Positions 37,691 through 52,100 of a stretch of 64,000 nt of DNA are shown one piece after another; within the stretch, counting starts at the first letter, position 1; each line of letters begins with the position of its first letter. The notes beneath the pieces are model-generated. The model saw only the letters and a list, made by a program, of their open reading frames with translations. It did not search any database and was not told the DNA's origin. Location of the stretch: assembly GCA_030141605.1 (NCBI GenBank), contig JAQGDQ010000371.1, forward strand, positions 1 to 64,000. The letters are read 5' to 3'. The stretch comes from Tubiluchus corallicola (Eukaryota > Animalia > Priapulida). The translations under genes and the position numbers were made by a program.

Positions 37691-39513
37691 ATAAGTAGAT
37701 AAATAGTGGTACAGTTTTTACTTTTTTTCATTTTACAACCCAAAAATCATATTCACTTGCACGCGAGGGTCGAGTTTTACGTTGGCTTTTTAAATCAGAT
37801 AATACGTGCCAACGTATCGGTAAAATAGCAAGGTGGCAACTCAAACGCTTTGCCACTAAAGGTCAAAAGCACGACATCAGCAATGACAAAATATGTAATT
37901 ACGATATATTAAAGACACTTTCAACTTCAGATCTTTTTACACAGATCACCCTAAAGTGCCCTCAAAGAGAGTGACTGAAGTTAGACACTTAAGAAATATA
38001 AATATTGGTATACGTCATAAATGAATTTTCTACTGGTAATATGCCAAGCCAACTCTATTATTTAACTTATTGTCCTCGCTAATGCAGTGGTTTTGCTCGA
38101 TTACGTGGGACTTTCGGTCAATACTAGTCGTCCAGCAGTAAAATGGACATGAAATCGTACGTGTGCAATGGTCATCCAACTTTGACAGAGGCTTTCAAAG
38201 ATTGCATAAAAACCTGTTAGCTGATCACTTAGTGCAATTCTTAGTGATCACGTATGTAGCAGTCTTAATCAGTGTTGTACTAATAAATACAGTTTAAATC
38301 AAAAAGTCTTCGAGGAGCCAAAATTGAGATTAGAGAGGAAAGTTTGTTGATAACAAGTTTCTGTTGATAACAAGATCTGGAAGGTGGCTATCTTTGGGCA
38401 AATCTAATACTTGTTATGCTAGTAACGATACAGGTTATTAACGATTGCGCGTGTGCTTCGCCTAAAATCGAACCATATAAACACATTATAACCATAATAT
38501 GCCAGCTGCTTTAATTTTGTTTACATAATGAGGCAATGCAAAGCAGCTGTGCATTTTTCAATACACAAGCGTATAATTACGAGTGTTTTACACTCGTTTT
38601 TCAACTACTAATTTTAACACAATTGCCTACTCATTAAAATAAAATAGCTGATAAAGCATGCAAGCAATATATTTACATACTATTACGTACACTGTAAAAT
38701 ACCTAAAAAGTAAACGTCCCTACAACTTCGTTGTTTTTACAATGTGGACTCAGTTTACGCATAATGCATTTGTAAGCATCTATCACGCCGTCTTCCCAAG
38801 TGAACATGGCAAGCAGCTTTGCAACTACGTGAAACTAAATATGTTTAGTCACAATAAAATGGTAGAAATGTAGGAAAAATTTTGTAAGCAATGCACCTCT
38901 CTCAAGTTCTTAGTGAGTTTACGCAAATGAATTTTTGAAGTAAAACTGAAGACTAAAACGGTAATGAGCATAATCGCCCGACTGAATCCATTGAATGGGG
39001 CTAGACAAAGCAGCTATTAAAGCTAGCAGCGCTTTGGTGACAACAGTCGCGAAAAATCGCCAATTAATTTTGCCAGCGAAGACAAAAATGCAAATTTGCT
39101 CCTGTTTGCAGCTCAAGCCTATAGAAAAATGCACGTGGAAACCTATGAATAGCCTCATATGTACAAAGCATGTCTAGACAGACTGCGACCTACTTAGCTC
39201 ACTCTATGCATAAATGCTGTGTCAAATGGCAAATCGCTAAACCAGAAAAATGCATAGGCATTCAGCTAATTTGGTTCCTGCGCCTATATTCAAGGCTGCT
39301 GATGACCTAGGGCCACCACCACTTACCAAGATCAGCAGGCCTTCCTTGCCCATATTCATGTTACCTGCACCTGCCAGACAGATGTTATTTAAATAGTTTT
39401 TTTATTGTTCAAGGTCAACGCAAAAAAATCACCGCAGAGTGGGTTGGACTGCAAATTTCTATTACGATGATTCTTAGACGTAAGGCACACTATAATGACA
39501 CAGTTATTATTGC

Positions 39514-39668
39514 TTCTATACAGCGCTTCTACAAACAATACACTTTCTACTTATGAATGTAAGCAGTAGTATTGTGGTCTGCATGATGTTGATGTCGTAT
39601 ACCAGAACTCTACTACTGCTCACAATCAAAATTAGAAAGTGCATTGTTTGTAGAAGCCTGGTATAGAA
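39514..39668. repeat. ~155-bp imperfect hairpin / small foldback element
   Basis: gcttctacaaacaatacactttcta pairs with tagaaagtgcattgtttgtagaagc; inner agcagtagta pairs with tactactgct. Confidence 0.8.
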
Positions 39669-40066
39669 CGCATTTAACAGAGAACTTCAGGTGTCACGAA
39701 TGTCAAAAAATAAATGCGTTTAAAAGCAAACTTGAGCCTAAACAGTATAGTTTAAACTGTTAAAAATTGATAGAGATATTTAGCGTTTCCAATCATGCAA
39801 AAAATTGGACGAGCAACAGTTACCAACTTCCAGAAAGAGGTTACGTTTTTCGATAAACCTATACACTAAGTGGAAACTCAGTTTCAGCAGACAGAAGTAC
39901 TGCTCTTGTTACATTTTGTCTTTAGTGCTGAAGTTTACTGTTTTCTGAAATTTTATTTTACTGTAGTTTTGCATGATGTCTCATTTCATTAAGGACTATT
40001 CGATGTTATGCAGACTGTGAGAAACTTGTAATGTAATAGCTTGAATGCCTGAGGCTGTAACCACAC

Positions 40067-40082
40067 TAATATTAATAATAAT

Positions 40083-40120
<38 letters not shown>

Positions 40121-40265
40121 GTAACAATAACAATAACAATACTACTGCTGCTGCTGTCGCCGCTGTTACTGCTAGTGCTGCTACTACTACTATTACGACT
40201 ACTACTACTACTACTAATAATAATAATATAATAATAATAATAGTAATAATTAATAATAATATAAT
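40067..40265. repeat. Compound (AAT)n/(ACT)n/(GCT)n microsatellite
   Basis: Read directly from the sequence. Confidence 0.95.
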
Positions 40266-40365
40266 CCAAATATTGTTCTAAAAGCTCAAGAAGGATTTCC
40301 TTCTCGTCATTTTCATTTCATAAATTCAGATTTCAATATTTTTAATTTAAATTTGCAAAAATCAG

Positions 40366-40592
40366 ACTCGTACCAACTACTTACATTCGTAAGTTAAACG
40401 CTTGTCTGCCTACCTGTACGTTTGTTCGTCTGCCTGTCTGTCCGCTTGTACAGATAATAATTCATAGACGAGTTTCAATTACACCAAATACAATTACAGT
40501 TTACTTCAAACACGATATTTTCCTTTCATGCCAAGCACTTGTCGCGCGATAATAAGCTCTAAAAAATACGAGCCCAACTTGCTACTGGGCAG
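40366..40592 (+). mobile_element. Possible HINE/DINE-1-like (Helentron-associated) element
   Basis: ctcgta...tacgag inverted pair, internal degenerate (gtct/gtcc)n tract, 3' short hairpin gccca-N9-tgggc. Confidence 0.3.
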
Positions 40593-43578
40593 AGATTATA
40601 TTATTCCATGCATACCCAACCCTGGAAAAACTCGTTGAGAGATCCCGAACGAACCAGACATAACCCTTTCACCCCGAGGTAATATTCACGAGGAGACAAA
40701 GAGAGAAAAAAACATAAAAAATACACAAGGCATATAATCTAGATGTGCAATTTTCCAAACCTGACTGCCTACGCAACTGGTCAACTGCACGCTAAACACA
40801 TAACTCACATAAACGACCGTGACACATACGAGTGAAAAAAATATAAGGTTTGCCCAAATGCCCGAAAAAACATTCTTGGATCAGTGGCAAGTTAAATTGG
40901 AAAGCCAAATTTCTGATTAAGAACATAGTTAGAGGATTTTAATAGGTTCAAGCCTCGTTACCAACACTAACAAATCAGCGTGGAAGGATTCATTAATGCC
41001 CTTATATATAATGTATTATGGCCATGTATATATAATGTATAATATATAATGTATATATATTATATTATGCCCAAAAAATATATTAAAAGACGGATACTTC
41101 GGAACCCATTTCAAGCTCCTTCATGGCCCCGAAAATAAATGTGTTACTGTTTTTTTGAAACAAGAAAGTAAACAAGTCTATAATCTTTGTTTTGTTAGTT
41201 ATAGAGGAAGTTATAAAATTCTGTTTGAACAATACCCCCAACTTTTAAGTCACCATTTTCTGATTCATCGCAATTTTAATTACGGTTAATTACTTAACGT
41301 AGACGCTCACTCGGAACTTGGTCAAAAATTGTTTGCTACGTCACGGCTTACTGTAAAACTTATACGTCTTATCTTGCAGATCTTGGCGTCAAAAAACGGT
41401 AAGGCAATATTCATATGCACAAGAAAATTTATAACACTTTTTATACATATGTAAATTTTTAACAAATACGAACTTTAGTAACCTGAATATGTAATTATAT
41501 CCAATTTCACGCATCCAAGTTTGTGAGTAAACCAGCTTTTCATTCAAGATCATTGAACTGTGACCTTGACCTATGACCTTGAGGCGTAAAATGTTTTCAA
41601 GCACCATCCTCTCTATCCATTGTCCAACTTGGTCATATTTTGATTGTTTTCGAGATGTTTTAGTGTTATCGGGAAATTTGTGTGATTTTCACATCGCATC
41701 CGCTGATCTCAGTACTTAGCTAAACACTGTATTTGTTCTTTTTAGAAAGGTCCTATTCAATTCAATAGATTTATTTTCCAATAAACAAATACTTATGCAT
41801 TACAAGTACATTGATAATCAATTTTTTGTTAATACCAAATTGAGATATAATTCATGAATTCTGCGCTAGAGACTTAAGAAGCTAGGTTATGTTAGGCCAT
41901 TAGAAATAGTAGCGAGAAAAATAACAACATAGTTATTACTAATGGTTAGTGAGTTCCAGTGGGCGTTAGTGGTATTTTATAAATACGATGTGAACTGATG
42001 TACGCTACAGAGAAATGATAAATGTTTTAACACATTCGCTAAGCACTTGTGTTCTATCTTTGGTTAATATAAAAATTTTTATTCCGCGACCTGAATCCTT
42101 GTTTTTCCGCCTCAATATGTGGCAGGCCTACACATGCGGTGCCTGTTTATGATAAATGCAAATTTCATTATTCTTCGCGTCCTCATTTGCCTTTAAGACT
42201 ACCTCTCTGCACAGGCACTATGCTCTTTATATTTTCTCCAATACAAATTGTAGGTTGTGGCTAAGTGTGCGGAGATTTAGTCTGTGTATATATTCTTCAT
42301 TTTTCATTTTATATTTTCAAATTATATTCTGATACTGAAGATGTGACTGCAGTCGCCATTTTGAGTTTGCTTTTAATGAAATCATGGCAAGGTAGTTCGT
42401 GTAATGCCATCAAGGGACATTAAAACATCATGCAGCCTTATAATACGAAATGACTTCAGGAGAGATTTATAGTGAAGTCTCCCTCAAGTTGATTTATTAT
42501 AACACGGGAGTTCAGTTCAAGCCAAAGCCCACGTACAGTTTACCCGCCGCCAGACTGCGCTTGTGTGTCTGTCTGGCTTCATCGAACACGACCGTCCACG
42601 GCTTCTTTGGTCCACTGAAATTGACCAACAATCACGACGCGGTTAACGAACTTCCTTTGTTAGTAATTATTCGCTATAGGTCTCTTGATTTCCCCCACAC
42701 AGAGGAAACTCAATCTAAACTAAATGAAAATAAAAGCTGGTATACAGATCATGGAATGCCATTACTGTCGAAACCCTCTGTCTGTCCCTGTCATCATTCG
42801 TAATGCTAGGTACAGATGCAGGGTTTTGAGAAAGCTAGCAGTGGTTTTTCTTTCTCCGGCTGTAATGCGATTCCACGCGGTAATGAAGTCGCTAGCGCGG
42901 CTTCGACGACAGGTCTCTTGTCCCTGAAGAACAGGAAATATGGTTTAATTGCATCAGAGGTCTTCTGTTTCACTCATTTATTTCTTCTTGTTCAAACAAA
43001 TGCAGAATTCGGGTCTGAAGCAAAATGCAAGCCGACATTTGACAAAATTAGGAAACAGACAGGTTCTCTGATTTTGCGCTAAAATAATGGGTTTTTTTCT
43101 TATTAATGATAGAACAACGTCCATTTTAATTATTAGTGCGCGCTGCAACCCAATCAAGTCGACTGCCATTACTTACGGATAAATGTTCAGAATTCGTACA
43201 GGGAAACCCAGTCAATGGTATGCAACCTTCTACTCTACCGGTGAGGTTTTGCTGCTCTTGAAGCCAACTCCTACCCCACCCCATCCCACCCCCACCCCCA
43301 CATGTTTTTGCATAAAGACGTTAAAAGAAATTTCTACAATTTTTTACAGTTGGGCAGCGTTACCGAAATTGCGTTCACAGCACTGAGGCACTCAGTCCAT
43401 ACATGGCAAATGCTCTGCAGCTATATATTTTGTTAGATTACTCCCTGGGCGGGACGGAGAGTTCATGCTTACCAGTTCGTCAAAAAGCTTGAGGGACATA
43501 ACTACCCTTGTACTAGTTAAATATTTAAGACAAAATGGCGCTTCGCTGTTTTTAGTTTTATAACTAAAATTCATTTAA

Positions 43579-44035
43579 CCCTTTCATACCCGTTGTATCC
43601 CATGGGATACGAGAATATTTTCTGCCTTTAAAATTAATAAAATTTTAAAAATGACAGTTATTTGATCTGTTAATAGTTATTTTGATTTAAGTCAATAACA
43701 ATAGACTAAAAATTGTGATAAAATGGCAAAGTAAAAAATCTACACAGCATAAAAAACTGCGCAAGGTACAGTACTTTAGAGACGACTTTGTACAGATCAG
43801 CACAGTATGTATACTAAATGTCTTAAATACTTTAAAAAATTATCAGCAGTTGCAAAATGAAGCACATTTTATGCTTCCATTGAATCCCAATGTATCCCGT
43901 GAGACACAGGCTATATTCAGCACGCGGGCACAGGTAGAAAAAATAATTATTATGGGTAAGCAAGATGGATATACTGAACAAAAGTACCAAGCCAAAAATT
44001 TTTTCTTATTAAAAAATAATTTGGGACTGAAAGGG
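43579..44035. mobile_element. Non-autonomous piggyBac element
   Basis: TTAA|ccctttcataccc ... gggactgaaaggg|TTAA (TTAA at 43575-78 and 44036-39). Confidence 0.85.
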
Positions 44036-44708
44036 TTAAATGCGATCCCTTGCTCATTGCAATGTTAAATAGAAGCGTTTCACGTTTTGAACTGTTTGTG
44101 AATTCTGCAGTAGAAGCTTTCGAGCCTCTCCAAATATGTAAAAGATGAAGTTCAGGATTGATCGAGTACGCCAAGAAACGCCAGAATACTCCTGGTAAAA
44201 ACAAAGGTAAGGCCTCCTATTGTGGCAAAACACACAATAAAGGAAGTATACTGACGCATCTTAGGTTCCAAAACTTATAGAACGAAACACGGCCATTGCT
44301 GAATAAGGATGTTTCAAGTGAACAAATAATAGGTCTCGTTAAACGCGAATTCGCGTTGAATCTAAAACATTATTCCACAGGCTGTGCACGACAGCGAAAG
44401 ACGGGCGGATCAAGTTTCCAAACTAATGGGATACCTGAGCTCAATGCAGTCAATGCCAATAGAACTTGCCCACAAATGCCTAATTAGATCAAAACAAAAT
44501 AATGGCGTTTAACAATCTGTGCGCACAACACCGAATTCACAGATTCCCCGGTTATAAGAAACGAGCGAAGACGCGTTTATTTCAGTACATCTCAGGATTT
44601 TCAGCACATGTGCTATTTGACTTATCCAAACTAGTAGATGGAGGGTAGAAACCAAGGTTTCGTCCTTTTTTATAGCTATTACTAGTAACTTGTAACTTTT
44701 ACTCCTAA

Positions 44709-44769
44709 CTCTCTCTCTCTTTCCCTCCCTCCCCTCTCTCTCTTTCTCCTCTCTCTCTCTCTCTTTCTC

Positions 44770-44816
<47 letters not shown>

Positions 44817-44875
44817 TCTCTCTTTCTCCTCTCTCTCTTCTCCCTTCCCCTCTCTGTCCCCTCTCTCTGCCCTCC

Positions 44876-44918
<43 letters not shown>

Positions 44919-45000
44919 TCTCTCTTTCTCCTCTCTCTCTTTCTCCCTTCCCCTCTCTGTCCCCTCTCTCTGCCCTCCCCTTCTCTCTTTCTCCCTCTCT
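44709..45000. repeat. (CT)n / polypyrimidine tract with an internal ~100-bp duplication
   Basis: ~290 bp of almost pure C/T; block cccttcccctctctgtcccctctctctgccctccccttc occurs twice. Source of the RE-repeat ORF. Confidence 0.97.
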
Positions 45001-46092
45001 GACTATCCTTAGTAATTTATTAGTTATAGAAAACGTAGGTAACGAAATAAGGTTTCTAACAAACATTTGTACTAGGTTCTATTAAATTTTAAAATGAACT
45101 TTATAGCTTAAACATAGTAAGACTACGAGAGCACCTGCTGCCCGAGCACATTGAGCTCATAGATGTCTCGTGCGTGGGTCAAGCTTTTATACATTCCTCT
45201 CAACAGAGGGCACTACACAATCAACAAGGTAAACAAGTAATCAAAACGAGCTCGTGGTGATAATGGTTCTAAAACAGCAAATTTTGGCCGTGGTACGCAG
45301 AAGAGAATGAAAGTTTCCTGCAAAGGTATATAACATGGCAACGTAAATAATATTAGAAATGTGTTTTGCTATAGCGACCTTAGTTGCAAGGCCTTAAATG
45401 AGGCTGTCGCGGTAGAGGTTGGAACAAAAATTAGGCACATCGCAAAATTGACATTGGTTATTATGGGCAGACAGTACAGTTGTTAAGAGTTCATTACGTT
45501 GATCCAATATGCGATTGGTATAAACGCGAAAATTATTGACGAGTGCAGGGAGTAGAAGAATGAACTGTTAGTATCACGTAAACAATAAAGGTCTCTAATG
45601 AAGCTCTTACTAATATGACAGGTATTAAAGTAAAGCCCATTCAGAATGTGAAATAGTTTGTCTAGAACCACAAAAACATGAACCTAAATTAACGTTTACC
45701 ATAAAATTTACAATTTTGAAGTGTAAAGGCAGGTGGTTAGTGTACTCATGAATATTAATACTGCCTATAACAATTAAATCACTTCCCTGCACCCTAGTAG
45801 ACAGTCACTGTTATAAATAGGTTAACTTGCCAGTTCTCCAGGCAAGTTTTAAGATGCAAATGGGTTTCAAGGGATGGTTTATCCTTTTTGTTTCAAAATA
45901 AAAGAATTACGAAAATACAAAATGAGCTGGCCACAAATTAAACAATGTATGGATTGACAGGAAGTGTCCTCACAATTTTCAACTTGGCCTTTGGTCATCA
46001 GTTTCTAGAACTAAGCAGGCATTAAATTCTACCGAGGTGTGAGATTGGTTAATTAAACTGGCAAACTACTTACATAATACCTGCATTAATGA

Positions 46093-46136
46093 GTTACTAT
46101 GGCAACGGGATGCTAGTAATGAGATACCATGGCAAT
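46093..46136. promoter_or_regulatory. Paired RFX X-box-like motifs
   Basis: GTTACTATGGCAAC (46093-46106) and GATACCATGGCAAT (46123-46136) against consensus GTTNCCATGGNAAC; adjacent TAAT homeodomain cores. Confidence 0.45.
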
Positions 46137-49100
46137 AGTCATCACACGGAAGCTGACATGGCGTGGGACGAAATCAATTTTTTCCAAAACGCGGACATTG
46201 CGCTGGCTTTCGGAAACGGCTTCGCATTTTCCACGTGTCGAGCGTGAGAAAAGGCGATTAAGGAGAAACAAAACTAGGAAACGGGGATAATTTACTGGAA
46301 ATTGACAAGAAAATGATAAAAAACTAATGCAGTTGCAAGTATATATAACTGTGTTTATGAGCTCAACAATTGCCCAAAAGCAGTTAGCTTAATGATGATG
46401 AGCGAACTCTACAAACACATCCTAACAATAAACTAGCTTCACTAAAAATGATATGCAGGTATTTCAGTAATTCTGTCTTTTATTAATGTAGTAATCAGGC
46501 TTAATGATCTTTATGATGAATAATTATTTTTGTAAACAAAAATGAAGTTAAGAAACCAAAATAAAACTAGAGTATTTCAAAAAAAGATAAAATCTAATGA
46601 AATGTTGATTTCACAATTTAGTGAAAAGTTATTTACGTGTGTAAACATAAGCAAACTCAGAATAATGGTACAAAAGTTCTGTATTTTCAAACCAAAAATA
46701 TCTTTTGTAATCTTACTTTTAATAATAATTATATATTATTATAAAATGTTTCAAACTGATAAATTTTAAAATGCATAGAGCAGCTAAACAAAACGGAAAG
46801 CAGCATGCAAAAAGCAACATGTTCAGTATATGTGTACAAGCTGACGGTCTTAGCTAAATAAATTCCAAAAAATAACTAAATAAGTTGCAGGAAATATATT
46901 TTGGTAAAAGTTCTAGAAGCATAAAAACATAATAATATGGGCTTAAACTTGCATACTTCAGTTCTTTTTAAATACAATTTCATGAGGTAAGATTTAAACT
47001 GCGCCGCAAAAATATTGTAGATACGTTGTTTTTAAAATAACCAGCAAGAAAACAAGTTTGACAAGATCCGTTTCATACCTCAACAGTTTTTGATTTTATA
47101 TAACAATTAAACACCATTTCGATTTTATAAAGAAGTTGAAAAACGCTAAGCACAGTCTAAAACAATGCAGAAAGAAGCCCAGCAGACGTTTATTTGATCG
47201 CCGAAACGTAAACAGCAAAGAGCCAAATTGGCAAAGCTAATCAGATTTGTTCCACGCAATTAGACAACGAAATTGTGATGAGTGAGCAGAAGTAAAAAGG
47301 AATCAGCAAATGTGTGATTTTCTACTAAAACGTCTAATTGGTAGCAAGTGATCGTGTTACAAAGCAGAACCACTGTACTGTGAAAAGATTATTTTAGGCA
47401 CATAAAATTTTTGGATTATGATTTAAGAAAGAGATTCTTCATCTGACAACACATTATTTTCAGTAAATAAAAACATAAAATAACATTTGCAGCTCGTCGG
47501 TGGGTGATGTTCTGTTAGCACTGATTTAACAAAATTTTGCTAACAAACTTCTGAGATATAATAGTATTTTCTAACAAAAATTTGTTCTTGCTTGTTATTT
47601 TAGAAAAAAATGTGTCTGACAGATTTTTTGAAGGCAGTATAAATCTCACCTCATGTGACTATATTTTACAATGCTGACGGCGTACAAGCCTTTTTGTGAA
47701 ATAACTGAAAAAATAATTGCCATATGACAAAAATTCAGAATGTGACAACGAAGACTTGATAACGAAAAAGTTACGCTAATTTTGCTCTACACTTGGAAAG
47801 TTCTATATTATATGTGTTGTCCAGTACTGAACTTTTCTTGCTCAGTATTTAATTTTTAACGCGTCAAAACTGTCAAGTAAAAAGTAACTGTTAATCAAAA
47901 TGTTTAATTAATTAAACACATTAATGTTCAATATGCAATCGTTTAACATTAATCATTTAGTGTTCAATGTGTAACCAACTAATTCAATATCTTCGTTCCA
48001 TCATCGCTTTGTTTCCACGTTAGCATGATGTAGAAAATTAGTAAAAGTTTTATGTAGTTTTAGGAAAATTCTAGAATCCAGAATCTATTATAAACTAAGC
48101 TTTCTAAAGACATATTGTAAATGTTCTTCATCTTTCATTATATCTAATTTGTGATGGAAAGCAAAGTGCAGCGGCCGTATTGGCATTGCGTATTCGACAG
48201 ACTTTCTCTCTAATGCAGTTTTAAATTCCCCCGGGTAACAAGCCTTTGTCTAATATTCTTACAAGATGAGCATATTAGTCTAGCCGCAGCTTGTCCAGAC
48301 ATTCACCTTTTCAGAACAACATGCACCAGCAACCAAATGAGACATCATACAGATGTGAATTGAATCCAATAGCTAGTTTGCTTCCTGAGAAAATTTCCCT
48401 CATGTATTTTTGACTCAAAGCTTAATGAAGCATTGAGAGAAGAGGCAGCTGAACTGCACAGCAACAGAGCTAAATGATATGAAATGATGAACTGTATATA
48501 AATTTCAAAGCCAATCAGACAAATAGCTAAAAAGTGCATTAACAAATAGGAAGAAACGCCATTGTGCATTATAGATTGGCTAGACTGCAGAACAGAAGAA
48601 AGGATTTTCCAGCTCATGCAACCAGCTCAACTGTCATGTCTCTTAATGCCTAATTAAATTCATATGCTGGATAAGTCTACCTTGTCTTCGTTAAGATGTT
48701 GTTTACCGCCTTTCAGCCTTTACAGCATAAAATTATTAGAACTTGCATGAGGTGATTTTGAAGACATTTTAACACTTCAAATGTGTTTAGCTGGTTGCTT
48801 TTGCTGCAAACTACAGCTTGTGGATGCGCTACAATCTAATATAAAATATATTTCTCCCTTTATAATAGCAAAAGTCGAATGCCTGACGAAGGAATTGGGT
48901 ATTACTTTTACACAATGATAGATCTTCAGCTGATGTGATTTTTGAAAGTGCACACGCAACGCAATAAACGACTGCCATGTCATTCGCTTCATCCATAGGG
49001 AAGATCAATATCGGCTGAAACTCAGTGCTGAAAAACAGTAACTGAATGAAATATTTTAGCGGAAGTTGAGCATACAGACGGAAGGTCTTGGGCATATATG

Positions 49101-52100
49101 CCCAGCAGTCATCAATATAGATTTCGATATTAGTCTGCAGAGAGAAAATCAAGTCGCAGCTATGGCAGAATACTTTGTCTTCATAAAATTTCAGACGTAG
49201 CTGCGCCAGTGCCTAATACTTCTTTCTCATACAATATTGGGTGATAAGTATACGATGCTGCAGTTAATATTTCAGCTTTTCATTCACTTTTCAGCATATT
49301 AATACAAAAATTCTGATTGCCATTAATGCTGTGATAGTTTAAAATGTTAAACTAATTCTCCATTGGTTTACTATTCTAAACTAATTGGACTAAAAAAAAA
49401 TTCAAATTGCCACAAAAATTAATGTTTCACTGTTGTGCAGTCTTTTTAATACACAATCACCAGTGTGACAAAGTTTGTCTCAGGGAAAAGTAAGCGTAGA
49501 ATAAGATAGCACATTATGATTATGCACAGGCGGTGAGCTGCCAATTGTGTACTCTTTTTGCACCCCAATATTGACACAGTTACACATTATTCGCCGGCAG
49601 AATTTTTTTGCATCCTTGACCCTTCTACCCCTGCCTGTTTTGTTATCTGTCATTAAAAAATAACTTAGCTCTTTTCATCATAAATCAGAACAGGTTTTCG
49701 CAGAAGAAGTGTACTGTTTGGCTATTGAAAAAGTTTTGAATGATCGCGCCATTTGTCACGCTGAAAGAGTTAAACGTTATCCCACAATGCATTAAACATG
49801 ACATCATGCATTATATCATAAAGTAAACGCATGCGAACAACACACCCGACCGGTTTTGGGGACTCCAGCAATTTTTACATCGTCGCGCCACCGGCCGGAG
49901 AAGAAAAGAGTTAAAAAGGTTTTCGACAATAGTTTGGTATTTGAGCAACAAATCATATACTAGGTTGGCAAAACTAGCATTACCATAACAAATATAAGGG
50001 ATAACTACTCTTGCACACAAAAGCATGCTGAATTACCAGGTACCAGGCATGACAAAAGAGTTAACTGCTTTCTTCAATGCCTTAAGCTGGTGTTACAAAC
50101 TGTAAGTTGCATGCAATATTAATGGCGATATTAGAGTAAAGTTCACTACAAATGTACTTTGATAAATTATTTGCAATTAAGACTGTAATTAAACTGTAAG
50201 AAAGTCTGAGAAAGAGTTAGCATATTTTCAAAACATTACTACACATATAAAAAACTTCATTGGCAGCTCAAAGTTACAATATTGAAGGGAAATATTTGTG
50301 TCTCATCAGTTCCATTAAACTGTTATCTTTTTATCCTTTCAAATTGCATGAAACTATATTGTAACCAAGTAATAAGCATTATGGAGTAGCCATTTGCGGA
50401 TATTTCTTTGAAAATGTCGTTAAACGTAATTTCAAACACTAATAATTTTACTATTATTTAATTAGAAAAAATGCTGGAATGTACCTGCACTGACAGAACT
50501 GCTACATTGCGTGATCAATGCAGATAATAATATCATAAGGAAATTAATCCTGCCCAGATTTAAGATTGCTAGAATTTCTGCTTTACAAAAACTCACAGAA
50601 GACACATTGGCTTCATTAGCTTTGTTTTCCTACAATGTACGCAAAGGCATAGGTTCTTTATTGTGATATGTATTCTGAGCGCAAAATGCAAGCAGCACCT
50701 CTCTAATTTTGTACTGATAAGGAAGAAAAATGAGCCTTGATTGTGCAATCAAGTAAATAATTTGGCTACTCTTGTTTGGAAGATAAATTTATTGGTCGCA
50801 TTTAATTTGGTGTGTAAAAAGCAGTGAATGACGCGACATGCATTTATATTTTTCTCATATGTGCTGCCATGAGTGAACTAAACGATATTGTAAAGCTTAC
50901 AAAATTGTCCACCAGGTTGAGTTGTGGCTTCTAGCTCACGCATGTGTAGTTTGGTCAATACAGCTATAGGACAGAAGATCGATCCAACTTTCGTCCAGTC
51001 GCAGTTTTTCACAAGCGAAATACATTTTAGAATCAATACCTTCTACTCCCTCTGGTTTCTGTCTGAATATAACCAAATGTCAGTACATTATACAATACTA
51101 AGAAACAGCGCTTGCCATGGCTCAGCCTGATTGCCAAATATGGGCACATTATTTATTTTATACAACAGTCACTATTGAAACAAAGAAGTCGGGTTGAGTT
51201 TTCCGGATTCATTAATGCGTTTCTAGGCAACGCACGATTGTTTGAATGTCGTAATAACAGACAGACAAACGCGGTTTGCCTGCCATTTTACCATCTTTTT
51301 TGTTTGTTATGGCATTTCATGCCGAAAAATGGAAAATTCTGTTTTATGTGAAACGGTTTGTACACAATTCAGAGGCAGCATAAATGCCTACAAGGTACAC
51401 TTCAGCAGTTTTATTGCAATAGAATTGCCCTAGCAGATCTTAGCAGACCTTCAGGTGCTCATATATATTACATATATTATATTACACATACAATATATAT
51501 ATATGTGTGTGTGAACAGTAAATGAGAGGTTTCGTAAAGCTGAGATTCTAGCCATTTTAAATCTGGGAGGATTAATTTCCTTATGATATTACAGTCTGCA
51601 TTGACCACACAATTTGTAGCAGTTCTGCCTGGTCAGGTATATGCCAGCGTTTTTCAAATTTAAAAGAGGCAAAATTAGTGTTTGAAATTATGTTTAATGA
51701 CATTTTCAAAGAAATATCCACAAATGGTTGCTCCATAATGTTTATAATGCGGTTACAATACAGTTTCATACAATTTGAAAGGATAAAAACCAACAGCTTA
51801 ACAGATATATATATCTATACTACTGTGTGTTGTGCTTTAGCAAACTAAAATTGTGAAGTGAAGAAAATGAGGAAGCCTGCTAATGGATAAGTAATGGCAG
51901 CGTGTTTAACAATTCCTCTAATCAACTTTAATGGACATTGCGGAAAATAATTTCCGAAGCACAAATACACACACAGATGGGCGGCATGTAACGCTTTATT
52001 AAATGCAATTTCACTGCAGTTATAATAAAGCCGAAAACTCCTTTTATTTTCCAATCAGTCTGCGCCTTATATTTCGCTCATGAAAACACAAGGAAATGCT

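Noticed and set aside
37398-37702. Three overlapping plus-strand ORFs
   Set aside because: They lie in the GC-rich SINE body; no recognisable protein.
44509-45066. 185-aa RE-repeat ORF, the longest in the track
   Set aside because: Reverse translation of the (CT)n tract.
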